Below are positions 11,470-21,340 of a stretch of DNA of 64,000 nt, piece by piece. The stretch is taken from assembly GCA_963781885.1 (NCBI GenBank), contig CAWAHW010000006.1:1-64000 (forward strand), read 5' to 3'. This stretch comes from an uncultured Spirochaetota bacterium (GTDB lineage: Bacteria; Spirochaetota; Spirochaetia; SZUA-6; Fen-1364). The number at the start of each line of letters is the position of its first letter. The stretch's first letter is position 1. The notes beneath the pieces were generated by a model, which was given only the letters and a program-made list of their open reading frames with translations, was not told the DNA's origin and did no database searches. The position numbers were made by a program, and so were the translations under genes.

Positions 11470-11743
11470 ATTGGTTGTAGCAGCACTATAGAAGGTATCT
11501 GGCGGAAATCAAGTCCTTGGAGGTAGAAGCAATATGCTTCCTCCCTATAGAAATGACGTAGCGACAATAGCGCGTCTGCAATGGTTGGCAGTGGCCGTCA
11601 AGACGAGGCCTTTTACTCCAAAGGAATCTGGAATGGGCATAACATAGAGTTCAGCACCCGGCCCGCATCAGAATTGCACCACACCGATTTGCTTCGGAAT
11701 TGGGTCTTTCCTACAGATTCTGCCTGGAGTGCTGCAACGACTT

Positions 11744-12091
11744 GTTATGTTCAAGGCAGAATGGATTTGTAGTCTACGCTATGCAGAAGTCAATTCCTTT
11801 GGCCAGAATTGCGTCCGTAGGTTTTGCCAAGAGCGGCGTTGCCACGGTCTGCGGGGATTGAACAATAGGTACGAGCGCAAAGCCGAGCGCGGCTCTGTCT
11901 CCCGCTGCATCCGGACTGAACGGAGAGAAGAAATACTTGATCGTCCAGGCTTGGGACACCGGAAAGAAAAAGTCTTTCGGACCAGAGGCCGCGATGTTTC
12001 AGAGGTCCAAATGAACCTAACCTCTTGAAGACTCTTCAACTATCCAAAGATTCTGGAAGAAGGTGAAAGTTCAATTTCCTTAGAACATAAC
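11744..12091. other. ORF-less cassette, non-coding family 1 copy 1
   Basis: ~345 bp unit repeated at 45035, 51193, 54722 and 63612; frame-breaking indels between copies. Confidence 0.85.
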
Positions 12092-12214
12092 ATAGAGTTG
12101 ACCAGCGCCGCCGAATCACCCCAGCCCCACCCGACGATTAGGACCAAGTTGGGTCAAACCAGACAAATTCCTAGGCGACTGGTCCAACGATTTGTTAGAC
12201 GTTCTTTAGATTCT

Positions 12215-12853
12215 CTATGTGAACTTGGAGTGCCTTAGAAGTAGTCGATCCATTTGTCGTGGATTGAGATCAATTTTCTTACTTTCTATTATCATTCTTT
12301 TCAAGTTTACCATCTTATTGTAGAACTTACTGTATTCTTTATCACATTCCACATCCATTGTTTTTTGGAGTCTATGCTTGTCATCTTTAGTGAGCTCTCG
12401 AAGCCCAGAGAGTGCTCGATTGTCATAAAGGAAGAAATGATTCGGTAAATGAAAGTGAAGGTACTTGGAGGCAAGTGACCTTTTATTCGAGCGTGATAAG
12501 TTCGCGAATTTTATTGTAAGGTGCTTATGAATCTTGAGCGCAAGGCTGATCGCTTCTGTCGACATTGGCTTTAGGCTTTTTAGGTCATCAAGCCAATTGT
12601 CCATTTTTGGATCCTCTAGTGCAGGTACAACCATCTTTGTATAGAAGTCATCACCCCTTGGCTCATTCTCAATTGGCTTTCTTCTTTCAATGGCTGCAGC
12701 ATAGGATCTTCCGATTAGCCAGATTTTTGCAACAATCTCATCTTCTTTGGTATGGTGAGGGTGCTTTGCGCATAGATCATAAAGCACTTTGTTTCCTAAC
12801 GCCCACACGTCGTCCTTTTTGCATTCCTCAATGGCTGATCTATCCACTTTCAT
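12215..12853 (-). CDS. Hypothetical protein, possibly HhH/DNA-glycosylase-like
   Basis: SLASKYLHFH..P..F.LYDNRA motif; GGAAGG RBS before MKVDRS. Confidence 0.6.
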   Translation of the reverse strand: MKVDRSAIEECKKDDVWALGNKVLYDLCAKHPHHTKEDEIVAKIWLIGRSYAAAIERRKPIENEPRGDDFYTKMVVPALEDPKMDNWLDDLKSLKPMSTEAISLALKIHKHLTIKFANLSRSNKRSLASKYLHFHLPNHFFLYDNRALSGLRELTKDDKHRLQKTMDVECDKEYSKFYNKMVNLKRMIIESKKIDLNPRQMDRLLLRHSKFT

Positions 12854-13018
12854 ATTGCCTTCCAAGGAGTCATTCGTTTTTAGAACGTCTAACATAGAGT
12901 TCAGTACCCGGCCCGCATCAGAAATACACCACCCCGATTTGCTCCGACAGTGGGTCTTTCCTACAGATTCACGCCGGAGTACTGCAACGATTTGTTAGCC
13001 AGTCCGGGTATCCAATCG

Positions 13019-13762
13019 TCACTTAACTGCCAACAAGATCAATCGACTTGCATGAGTATCATAAGGAGTTCCCTGCAGCGAGCCATAAGCCCGCACGTTT
13101 GCGAATCCGGCCTGAGAAGCCAAGCCCAAAAGTTCTGCAGCAGAATAGAGCCTGTGCGATAGAGTGAACTCCGTTCGCTTAGCGCCGTCAATTCGGATCC
13201 AGCGAGTCTCTATCCAGCTCCAGCTGTCTGAAACCACTCTGTCCTCAAGGAAAAGAACTCCGTCCTCTTCAGTCCAATCATGCGGTCGAAACTTTCCGGC
13301 GAGCACTTCCTTGCCGAGTACGTCCAGTATGAGCTTGCCGCCAGCACGTAGCGAATCAAAGATGTTTCGTATTGCGCGACCGTCTTCCGTTTGATCCTTG
13401 AAGTAGCCGAATGAAGTGAACAAGTTCAATACTAGATCGAACGCCTCAGGTTCACGAAAACTTCTCATATCTTCGAGAACAAAAGTTGCTGATTTGAGTC
13501 CTTCCTCACGCGCCATGGCCTGCGCCTTTTCGATATAGGCCTTGGTGCGATCAACACCGGTGACCACAAAGCCTCTTCGAGCAAGCTCAAGGGAGTGCCT
13601 TCCCGGACCGCAGCAAAGGTCTAGCACTTTTGACCCTGGTGGCACTGAAGCGAGTGAAAGAATAGAGTTTACCTCGACGGTTGCCTGCTGCCACGCGGCA
13701 GGAGTAAACATTTTACTTGCCATTGTCTGCCAGAATGCATCCTGCTCATGCCACGGTTTCAT
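13019..13762 (-). CDS. Class I SAM-dependent methyltransferase
   Basis: VLDLCCGPGRH, EDMR and FTSFGYF motifs. Confidence 0.9.
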   Translation of the reverse strand: MKPWHEQDAFWQTMASKMFTPAAWQQATVEVNSILSLASVPPGSKVLDLCCGPGRHSLELARRGFVVTGVDRTKAYIEKAQAMAREEGLKSATFVLEDMRSFREPEAFDLVLNLFTSFGYFKDQTEDGRAIRNIFDSLRAGGKLILDVLGKEVLAGKFRPHDWTEEDGVLFLEDRVVSDSWSWIETRWIRIDGAKRTEFTLSHRLYSAAELLGLASQAGFANVRAYGSLQGTPYDTHASRLILLAVK

Positions 13763-14068
13763 TTGTGCAACTCTCTTTTGTAGGTACTTCGTAAACGTCG
13801 TTTGGGCAAAGACCAAGTTCCTGCCTGTGGGCGTAGCATTGCCGCAACAGCCAAAAGTGTCCGATAGCAATCGCTTTTTGCCAGTTCGGACTGGCTAACA
13901 TAGAGTTCAGTACCCGGCCCGCATCAGAACGGCACCACACCGATTTGCTCCGGAAGCGGGTCTTCCCCAAGGAATTCACGCCGGAGTACTGCAACGATTT
14001 GTTATGCTGTTCTCGCTCCAGAAGTGCCTTCGCGTCCAACGCCAACGTCCTCTATTGGTGGCGTGGTT

Positions 14069-14446
14069 TCAGACTTCCTTTCGACTTGAGACAACCTCTT
14101 TGAGAACCGCCATTCCGTTTAAGGCACTTGGAAATCCAGCATACACGGCCATTTGGATGATTGTTTCTACAATCTCTTCCTTGCTGCAACCAACATTCAG
14201 CGCGCCGTTAACGTGCACTCTCAGCTGCGGCTGGCAATTGCCCATGGCGGTAAGAGCTGCGACCGTTATGAGCTCTCTTGTGTTCAGATCCAGGCCCGGC
14301 CGCGAGTACACATCACCAAATGGAAACTCGATTAGGTACCTTCCGAGGTCAGGGGCGATATCTTGAAGGCTTTGGATGACATTTTCCCCTGCTTGTCCAT
14401 CTACTTCTTTCAGTCTTTCCCAGCCAGTCTCAAATCGGCTTTTCAT
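14069..14446 (-). CDS. Carboxymuconolactone decarboxylase family protein
   Basis: FGDVYSRPGL, RELITVAAL and YAGFP motifs. Confidence 0.9.
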   Translation of the reverse strand: MKSRFETGWERLKEVDGQAGENVIQSLQDIAPDLGRYLIEFPFGDVYSRPGLDLNTRELITVAALTAMGNCQPQLRVHVNGALNVGCSKEEIVETIIQMAVYAGFPSALNGMAVLKEVVSSRKEV

Positions 14447-14504
14447 AGAGATTCTCCCTTCTATGAGTTCTATGAAAAGCCTAATGGTTGGAGCTCACTC
14501 CAAG

Positions 14505-14873
14505 TCAAGAACTTTCTTTACGAGTCATTTCCAGCTTGTAGAAGGCCATCTTTTGTTTCAGCTTGTGCAGGTTCACGGAGTCGGCCTTGAGCCTATCCGC
14601 AAGTACCGCGGCGTGCTGCTTAAGCAAGCGATACCTTGCCTGCAAGGTTGATCGACCCCTCTCTCGAAGATCGGCGTACCGCTTGATCTCCGCGAGCGGC
14701 ATCCCAGTGTCCTTCAGGCGCTTTACGAACTCAATCCAAGCGAGGTCATCTGGCTTGAATAACCGCCTTCCGGCTGGATCGCGTTGAATCTGGCGGATAA
14801 GGCCGATCTTTTCATAGTACCGAAGTGTGTCTTCAGAGACGCCACACTGTTTGGCAAACGCGCCTATTGTCAT
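14505..14873 (-). CDS. MerR family transcriptional regulator
   Basis: TIGAFAK..GVSEDTLRYYEKIGL helix-turn-helix. Confidence 0.92.
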   Translation of the reverse strand: MTIGAFAKQCGVSEDTLRYYEKIGLIRQIQRDPAGRRLFKPDDLAWIEFVKRLKDTGMPLAEIKRYADLRERGRSTLQARYRLLKQHAAVLADRLKADSVNLHKLKQKMAFYKLEMTRKESS

Positions 14874-15082
14874 AGCTTATGCTACCTCAGAACAGCATAA
14901 CATAGAGTTGACCAGCGCCGCCGCATCATCCAGCCCCACCCGACGATTAGAAGGACGTTGGGTCTATCCAGACAAATTGCTAGGCGACTGGTCCAACGAT
15001 TTGTTAGCCACACCTGTCAGAAATCGACAGCAACAGGATGGGGTAGGGCAGTATTCCAACAGGGATTGTCTTGTTCTATGAT

Positions 15083-15373
15083 CTATGCTCCTAGCGCCTG
15101 AGCTACAGCATCCGGGTTAATAGAAGCCACCCTCAATAGGGCTTGTGCTGGGCCTTCCGGTTTGCGTCGTCCCTGTTCCCAGTTCTGAAGTGTGGCAATG
15201 CTTACCCCAATCATTAAGGCGAACTCACTTTGAGACTTATGTAGTTTCTCACGGATTGCCCGTACGTCTGCGGAGTTGAATACCGTTACCCTTGAAGGCT
15301 TAACTTTGCCGCGCTTGATTTTCCCAGCCTGCTTGATGCTCTGTGCAAGCTCCTTGAAATCCATGGTGTTCAT
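15083..15373 (-). CDS. Xre/HTH antitoxin (HigA-like)
   Basis: SQSEFALMIGVSIATLQNWEQGRR HTH; overlaps the toxin stop codon. Confidence 0.88.
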   Translation of the reverse strand: MNTMDFKELAQSIKQAGKIKRGKVKPSRVTVFNSADVRAIREKLHKSQSEFALMIGVSIATLQNWEQGRRKPEGPAQALLRVASINPDAVAQALGA

Positions 15374-15687
15374 TTGAACTCCCTTTCTACCAACTGCCTC
15401 AGGATCTTGGTCTGCTGGGCAGTGAGGTCTTCTTGTTCATTTTTCGGATACAGATATAGCATGTAAATAGCGTCTGACGGTCTGTCCCAATAGTAGATAA
15501 GTCGGTACCCACCACGTTTGCCGTGTCCCTTGCCGGCCCATCTCAGTTTGCGGAGACCACCCGTTCCAGGAATAAGTGCCCCTTGTTCGGGACGTAGCAC
15601 CAGTGCTGTTTGGAGCAGCCGATACTCATCATCAATCAGTTTTTGGTTGACGATCTTTGTAAATGTCGGCGTCTCCATGAACTTCAT
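15370..15687 (-). CDS. RelE/HigB-family toxin
   Basis: IPGTGGLRKLRW..GKRGGYRLIYY motif. Confidence 0.9.
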   Translation of the reverse strand: MKFMETPTFTKIVNQKLIDDEYRLLQTALVLRPEQGALIPGTGGLRKLRWAGKGHGKRGGYRLIYYWDRPSDAIYMLYLYPKNEQEDLTAQQTKILRQLVEREFK

Positions 15688-15692
15688 ATCTA

Positions 15693-15721
15693 AAAGTACG
15701 CCAATGGCGGATAGTTGTCAA
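15693..15721 (-). promoter_or_regulatory. Sigma70-type promoter of TA cassette with palindromic operator
   Basis: TTGACA-17 bp-TACTTT, 5 nt before the ATG; CGCCATTGGCG palindrome in the spacer. Confidence 0.7.
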
Positions 15722-15911
15722 GTGCTGTCTATAGCCAAATCTTTCTTGGTTGTGGCTAACATAGAGTTCAGTACCCGGCCCGCATCAGAACCAAGGCACA
15801 CCGATTTGCTCCGGAACTGGGTCTTTCCAACTAAATTCACGCCGGAGTACTGCAACGATTTGTTATACGCACAACCGTATTCTACGGCCCAACAGGCGAT
15901 AATCAATGAGT

Positions 15912-16580
15912 TCAGGCTTCAGATTGATTATTGTCTTGTCGTGAAGCTATTTCAAGATCGCGTGCAAAGCCGCATATGACGGTAAGAATAAGAACCAAAG
16001 CTCCAGATGAGAGAAAAGACCAGCAAATGTAGTGCATCGCAGTAGGCTGGCGTATTTCCCCTGGAGGTAGTACCAGAGACCAAATGCCAAAGCCCACGAC
16101 AAAGAGCCCAAAGCCTATTGAAAAGGCCATCGGCCACAGTTTGGACAGACTTCTTTTGGCTTGAACGGACAGTGTGTTATTCCACCAAGACAAAGGCCGC
16201 CTAATTCTGGTAGAAACGGCCCAAGCTAAGATGGAACCTGGAATCATCGCCACCCCGCCACCGACCAGAGTCAGAACCACGGAAAGCGACAGGTATAAGG
16301 TTGGCCCCCACCTCCGGTCTATTCTCGCTAAGGTCCATACCAGAATGCATGTTCCAACGACAACGGCACAAATGCCCGTGATCAAATAGTTGGGAATAAC
16401 TGTGAAAGCTCCAATTCTCAGTGCAATGTCTGTTGGCGGTCTGTTTCCTTGTAGAATCTCTGAGATGCCATGTAGCACGCCACCGACAGCGCCCAAGGCG
16501 GCGAGGACGATGATGTAGAGCTTCGTTGATGAGTTGAATGGTGGCCGTGTCGGGTTTCCCGGTATGGTTGCGTTTGTCAT
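15912..16580 (-). CDS. Hypothetical multi-pass membrane protein
   Basis: About 6 hydrophobic segments; fills the cassette. Confidence 0.75.
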   Translation of the reverse strand: MTNATIPGNPTRPPFNSSTKLYIIVLAALGAVGGVLHGISEILQGNRPPTDIALRIGAFTVIPNYLITGICAVVVGTCILVWTLARIDRRWGPTLYLSLSVVLTLVGGGVAMIPGSILAWAVSTRIRRPLSWWNNTLSVQAKRSLSKLWPMAFSIGFGLFVVGFGIWSLVLPPGEIRQPTAMHYICWSFLSSGALVLILTVICGFARDLEIASRQDNNQSEA

Positions 16581-16811
16581 GGTCTGAATCTGGCGGATGC
16601 GTTGACTCTGTATCTACAACGCCAATCGCCGCCTAGAAGGTCACCTGTTATTGGCAAAAAGCCATACCGCCGGCGGCAAATTTCTTGTGCGTATAACATA
16701 GAGTTGACCAGCGCCGCCGCATCAGCCGGCCCCACCTCGACGATCAGGATGACGTTGGGTCAAAACAGACAAAATCCTAGGCGACTGGTCCAACGATTTG
16801 TTAGGCGCACG

Positions 16812-17421
16812 TCAGTTGGGAAAAGCAGCCTCCGCGCGATTGACAAGATCAAGGGCAAAGTCTACCGAATCAATTACAGTGTCACGGTCAATTTTTCGTA
16901 ATATTTTTCCGCTTTTGCGCGATTTCATCCTATCTCCTTCATGGGAGATCTGGTTTCGACGTTCGAATCATGTAGTCAAACCTTTCGAGAAATGTCGACC
17001 GTGCTTGTTGATCGGGCACTATGGTGTCCCAAAAGGCTTCTATGCCGGCGAGCTTTAGCGCGTCAATGATTGCGGATCGACTCTGGAGGGGCTTGGTAGA
17101 AAGGTATTCGTCAATCCAGTTGCGCAAGACGTTTCCTTTTCTAGTTGCGCCTTCCCATTTCGACATATCTCGAATCGGAATCTGGAACTTGGCAAGAGCC
17201 GGGGGCATACTAGACAGGTCGAACTTGCCAATCCGATATTTCACTTTGTCGTGAAAGTAGGTGTCCAGCGCGGAGACGGCAAAGACCATCGCAGCACGCA
17301 GAATCCAATCGAGATCTACTGATTTCGGCTTGAGGGGTTTGATAGCATCGAAAAGCGCCAAGCAGTCACGGGCGCTTTCGATATTCATGTCGAAGAGACT
17401 TTTTGCCGAGTGTCCAGCCAA
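16812..17421 (-). CDS. HEPN-domain protein (frameshift near 16963)
   Basis: LRAAMVFAVSALDTYF. The shifted frame reads RRNQISHEG (R-x4-H) and stops at 16812 beside the attC. Confidence 0.72.
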
Positions 17422-18514
17422 GCGGAACCTCCTTTTTGGCTAATTAGGCACGCCATAGTTCCTATATGTCGCATAGCTAAAGAACCGCATTGTATTGGTG
17501 CAAGGGTAGTAGTGCCAACAGTTGAATCGAACCCTCTTGGCTATAGGTTGCCAGAGAGTCGACCTCGCTAGAATGGCCGCCATTTTGCGGCCGTTTGTGG
17601 CGCCTAACATAGAGTTGACCAGCGCCGCCGCATCAACCTGCGGCACCCCGACGATTAGGACAAAGTTTGGTCTAAGCAGACAAAATCCAAGGCGACTGGT
17701 CCAACGATTTGTTAGGCCTATCTTCTTATAAATGAAACCAGCCCTTTCCCCTTTGAACTATTTCGTTCGTCCATGCTAGAAGTAAACATAATCCTCTATT
17801 TTCAATACCCCATTTGCGTCTTTCACGGCCTCCATATCCGCCCAGAATATCTTTCATCTCATTGTGGTAGAATTTGGCAAATCCCGGATACGGACTATCG
17901 CCTATTATCAGTGACAAATCGACAATATCGGGGGCTAGGCTCTGCAGATACTGAAGCACCTCTCCTTTGTCGATCACTTCCTTTGCTTTCGTTACCGAGA
18001 TGTTATCAAATCTTCCAGTGTCCATAAGACTGTTTATCTCTAGAATTACGTAGGTCAACGCATGAAGCCGAGAGGTTGGAAATGTTTGAATGGATTCTAT
18101 CGCTGTAGATAAAGAAGAAACTAATTCAACAAAACGTTCTGCTTCATCTTGTGAGGGGCTGAAATCAGTACCATGCTCTATTTGATTCATCATTCCTTTC
18201 ATTCCGGAAAAGAGCATCTGAAAGAGACGGCCCAAGAGCACCTGAATAAGCGATATACATTATTGGATCCTTCAGAAACAACTCCGACGGTACGCTTTCA
18301 TTTTTTATCCGGTCGCATTTTCGTCTAGCAATAACCTCTATTGATCTCCATGCTTCATTTACGATCTGAGCTGGTGTATGCGTTTTCAATTTCTTTGGAT
18401 CCACTATGCGACTTGAATTGGATGCTTTGGACGCGTCCGCCGGCGCAACTACGGATTCAACCTGCCGCATTTGCTCAGAAAACAAGATGTCGAGCTTGCC
18501 ATATTGAATCTTAA

Positions 18515-20034
18515 CCCTAACGTTGCATAAAAAGATCGCTATGCAGAGGCATCCAGGGCTGCCAGATATGTTTGGAACTCTTTACGTGTGATTTCGTTGC
18601 CGCTCAGGGTAAGTCGTAGCCGCCCCTGCGGTCTGGTCAGTCGACCTGCCCTGTGGAGAAGCACCTGACGAATGGTCGTTGCCTCGCGGAAGCTCCATAA
18701 AGGTGACCGTTTCGCTGTCGTGGTCCGATCCTTTGTGCAGCTTTTGATATGAAGCTCACGAAAAAGATTATGCGCGATCACTGCCGAAAGAAAGTACCAC
18801 TGGTTGCCGGCCAGGCGACGCACGGGGACATAATCCATCTGGCACTGGTCCTTCAATTCTGAGAACATGTTCTCCTGCGACGCCCTCCCGTTGTGAAACA
18901 AGAGGATTCCCTTCGCCTTACCTCGCTTGTTGGTGACGATCACCTTGAACTCGTAGCCTTCTTCGTGAGGAACAAAGAGCTCCAACTGGACAGGTTCCTT
19001 TCGTTGCTTTTTCACCTTGTGGCGGAGGAACAGAAACCGATAGTGTTTGCTCCAGCAGTTCGGCGACCAGGGCAACTCGAAGTACGACCACTCGGAATCC
19101 AGGCGCTGCCACGTGCTCCTGGATTCAATGATCTCCTTCAACTCGGAGAATCGCTCGAAGGGAACGGAGATGCTAAACTCGACTTTCTGGGAGTCCAGAA
19201 AACTCACTGTTTCATCGCTGAAAAACGCTGAATCCTTACGCGACTCCACAATCACACCGGGCAGCTGAGCTCGCACCGCGGCCACGCACGCCCCAATGAA
19301 AGCAAGTGAGCCCTTGGAGTCGTGCACGTTGCCTGGCCGATGATGGGCATCCAGGACTTGACCGCTTTGCGCGACGGTGCAGAACAACGGGTAGTAGCTT
19401 CTGGCCCCCTTCTTTTTATCATTATACCCGATGGCCGTCCCCTCGGCGTAACGGCCGCTGGAGATCACCGAGCCATCGAAGTCCAAGGTGACCCGTGCCA
19501 GCCCCTGATGTTCAAGACGTTGCAGGACCAAAGCACGATTGAACTCTTGAAGGTTGGCAACGCTGTGCGCATCAGCCCGACAGAGCATCCGACTCACCGT
19601 ACAGACATGAGGCAGCCGCCGCAATCCCAGTGCTCGTCGAATCAGCGGGTCCTCTCGGTAGCGATCAATATCACGCAGCCGACGGTAGCCCAGCATCAAG
19701 TGCAGGATCATCAACAAGGCGACGCTGTGAAACCCTACCACGGAACCCTTCTTCCGATGGGTGAAGCATCGCTGTAGTTTGCCCGCGACATCCATGTTTT
19801 TGAAAAGGGCTTGTAGTACCACGGTCCCAGAAAAAGATGTCAAGCGTTGATCTTCGAAGCGAAGCTCGGGGAACTTGTAGACGCGGGAGTGGATTTGTGC
19901 TCTACTGGGTTTCACGTTTGGTGGCCTCCTGGTCGGTAGATCTGACTCTTGGCGGAATCAGGATTTGCCATATCAGGACGCCACTTTTTCATCTACACGT
20001 CAAGCGAATATCTGCCTTTTATGCATCTGTAAGG
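18515..20034 (-). mobile_element. IS1380-family element
   Basis: Inverted repeats CCCTAACGTTGCATAAAA / CCTTACAGATGCATAAAA; TTAA target duplication at 18511-14 and 20035-38. Confidence 0.88.
18539..19915 (-). CDS. IS1380-family DDE transposase
   Basis: LTSFSG, TLDFDGS, GYN..KKG..SYYPL, RPGNVHD, DSAF and HNGRASQEN motifs. Confidence 0.9.
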   Translation of the reverse strand: MKPSRAQIHSRVYKFPELRFEDQRLTSFSGTVVLQALFKNMDVAGKLQRCFTHRKKGSVVGFHSVALLMILHLMLGYRRLRDIDRYREDPLIRRALGLRRLPHVCTVSRMLCRADAHSVANLQEFNRALVLQRLEHQGLARVTLDFDGSVISSGRYAEGTAIGYNDKKKGARSYYPLFCTVAQSGQVLDAHHRPGNVHDSKGSLAFIGACVAAVRAQLPGVIVESRKDSAFFSDETVSFLDSQKVEFSISVPFERFSELKEIIESRSTWQRLDSEWSYFELPWSPNCWSKHYRFLFLRHKVKKQRKEPVQLELFVPHEEGYEFKVIVTNKRGKAKGILLFHNGRASQENMFSELKDQCQMDYVPVRRLAGNQWYFLSAVIAHNLFRELHIKSCTKDRTTTAKRSPLWSFREATTIRQVLLHRAGRLTRPQGRLRLTLSGNEITRKEFQTYLAALDASA

Positions 20035-20402
20035 TTAAGAGTGCGAGATAGCAACCGCACAAGTGTCTTTCGGAAGCCAAAGCCTAACACAAGTACGGAG
20101 ACAGGCCACACAAGAGCTTTTATGAGATCGATTATTTCGCTCACGCGAGCCTCCCTTTCTAAGATGGGCCTAACATAGAGTTGAGCACCCGGCCCGCATC
20201 AGACAAAGATCACAAAGATTTGCACCGGCCGCGGGTCTACTGGAGCAGATTCGGCCTGGAGTGCTCCAACGATTTGTTATGTTCATCCTCTTCCTTCAAT
20301 CAATGGCGTTCACGGGGCTGCAAAATCCACGGGTTCGGTCAAGATATGTGGGATCTGAGGACGGTGCCAATCTCTTTTTAAGAGATCGGCCGATTGGGAC
20401 AC

Positions 20403-20431
20403 TTGACATACCCTATTTAATAGGGTATATT
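20403..20431 (+). promoter_or_regulatory. Promoter with palindromic operator for the reverse-oriented TA cassette
   Basis: TTGACA-17 bp-TATATT; ATACCCTATT-T-AATAGGGTAT palindrome. Confidence 0.75.
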
Positions 20432-20442
20432 GCCGTTATCAC

Positions 20443-20769
20443 ATGAAGCGAATGTTCATTGAGACAAATGAATTCCGAAAGCGTTGGGCCAAGTTGGGAC
20501 TTAGCGAGGAGGATCTGCGCGAGCTCGAAGGTTTCTTGCTCGAACATCCTGATGCCGGTGATATGGTGCAAGGCACTGGTGGTGTTCGTAAGGTTCGTTG
20601 GGCCCGCCCCGGTCGTGGGAGATCAGGAGGGGTGCGAACCATTTACATGGACTTTGCAAACAGAGAGACGACATGGTTGATCACGGTCTTTGGAAAGAAC
20701 GAGAAAATGGATCTATCAGCCGAAGAGCGAGGAGAGATAAGGCTCTTCGTGAAACGAATCAAGGGGTGA
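20443..20769 (+). CDS. RelE/HigB-family toxin
   Basis: GTGGVRKVRW..GRSGGVRTIY motif. Confidence 0.9.
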   Translation: MKRMFIETNEFRKRWAKLGLSEEDLRELEGFLLEHPDAGDMVQGTGGVRKVRWARPGRGRSGGVRTIYMDFANRETTWLITVFGKNEKMDLSAEERGEIRLFVKRIKG

Positions 20770-20773
20770 GGTT

Positions 20774-21091
20774 ATGTCAAAAGCATATGAGAGCATCGCG
20801 AGAGGTCTTGCAGAAATCGAGGCCCACGCGAAGGGAAAGATCAAGCTGCAGACCACAGTCCTCATGGTAACACCAACGCCTCAGTACGATGCAAAGGCGG
20901 TGAAGAGGATTCGACAAAGTCTGAAGCTTCCTCAACGTGCATTTGCTAAGTTATGCGGCGTCTCGGACAAGACAGTAGAGGCCTGGGAATCAGGACGAAA
21001 CGTACCCAATGGAAGTGCACGAAGGCTGTTTGAGTTGATCGAGAAAGACCAAGGAATCCTTACGCGTGAAGGTGTGCTTGTGACGTTGTGA
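20774..21091 (+). CDS. Xre/HTH antitoxin
   Basis: QRAFAKLCGVSDKTVEAWESGR helix-turn-helix. Confidence 0.88.
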   Translation: MSKAYESIARGLAEIEAHAKGKIKLQTTVLMVTPTPQYDAKAVKRIRQSLKLPQRAFAKLCGVSDKTVEAWESGRNVPNGSARRLFELIEKDQGILTREGVLVTL

Positions 21092-21340
21092 TTGCGACCG
21101 CATTGAGGGCTCTGACATCCGCCCCAATGAGGCACCGGGCGGTTACAATCGATAGATGCAGTCTACAGATGGCAGCTATCGGAGGCGGAAACCGGACTTG
21201 GTTGAACATAACATAGAGTTGAGCACCCGGCCCGCATCAGACAAAGACCACAAAGACTTGCACCGGAAGCGGGTCTATTCAAGGAAATTCGGCCTGGAGT
21301 GCTCCAACGATTTGTTAGGCGTTTTCTTTGGCTTATGCAG

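Larger units (their letters stand above)
17726..20144 (-). pseudogene. Cassette gene interrupted by IS1380 (N-terminal TM; probable additional frameshift ~18240)
   Basis: GTG at 20144 with GGGAGG RBS gives MSEIIDLIKALVWPVSVLVLGFGF...RTL. Removing the IS and one TTAA fuses it in frame to KIQYGKLDILFSEQ (ORF 18165-18485). Confidence 0.75.

Noticed and set aside
11767-11794. Minus-strand promoter TTGACT-16-TACAAA in family 1 (promoter-cassette idea)
   Set aside because: The -10 box is weak, becomes TACAAG in the other copies and is not kept in the diverged homolog. It is not excluded experimentally.
11779-12039. 86 aa ORF MKSLQEV... and + strand MFKAEW... ORFs in family 1 cassettes
   Set aside because: The frame is broken by 1-bp indels among copies and is not preserved in the diverged homolog.
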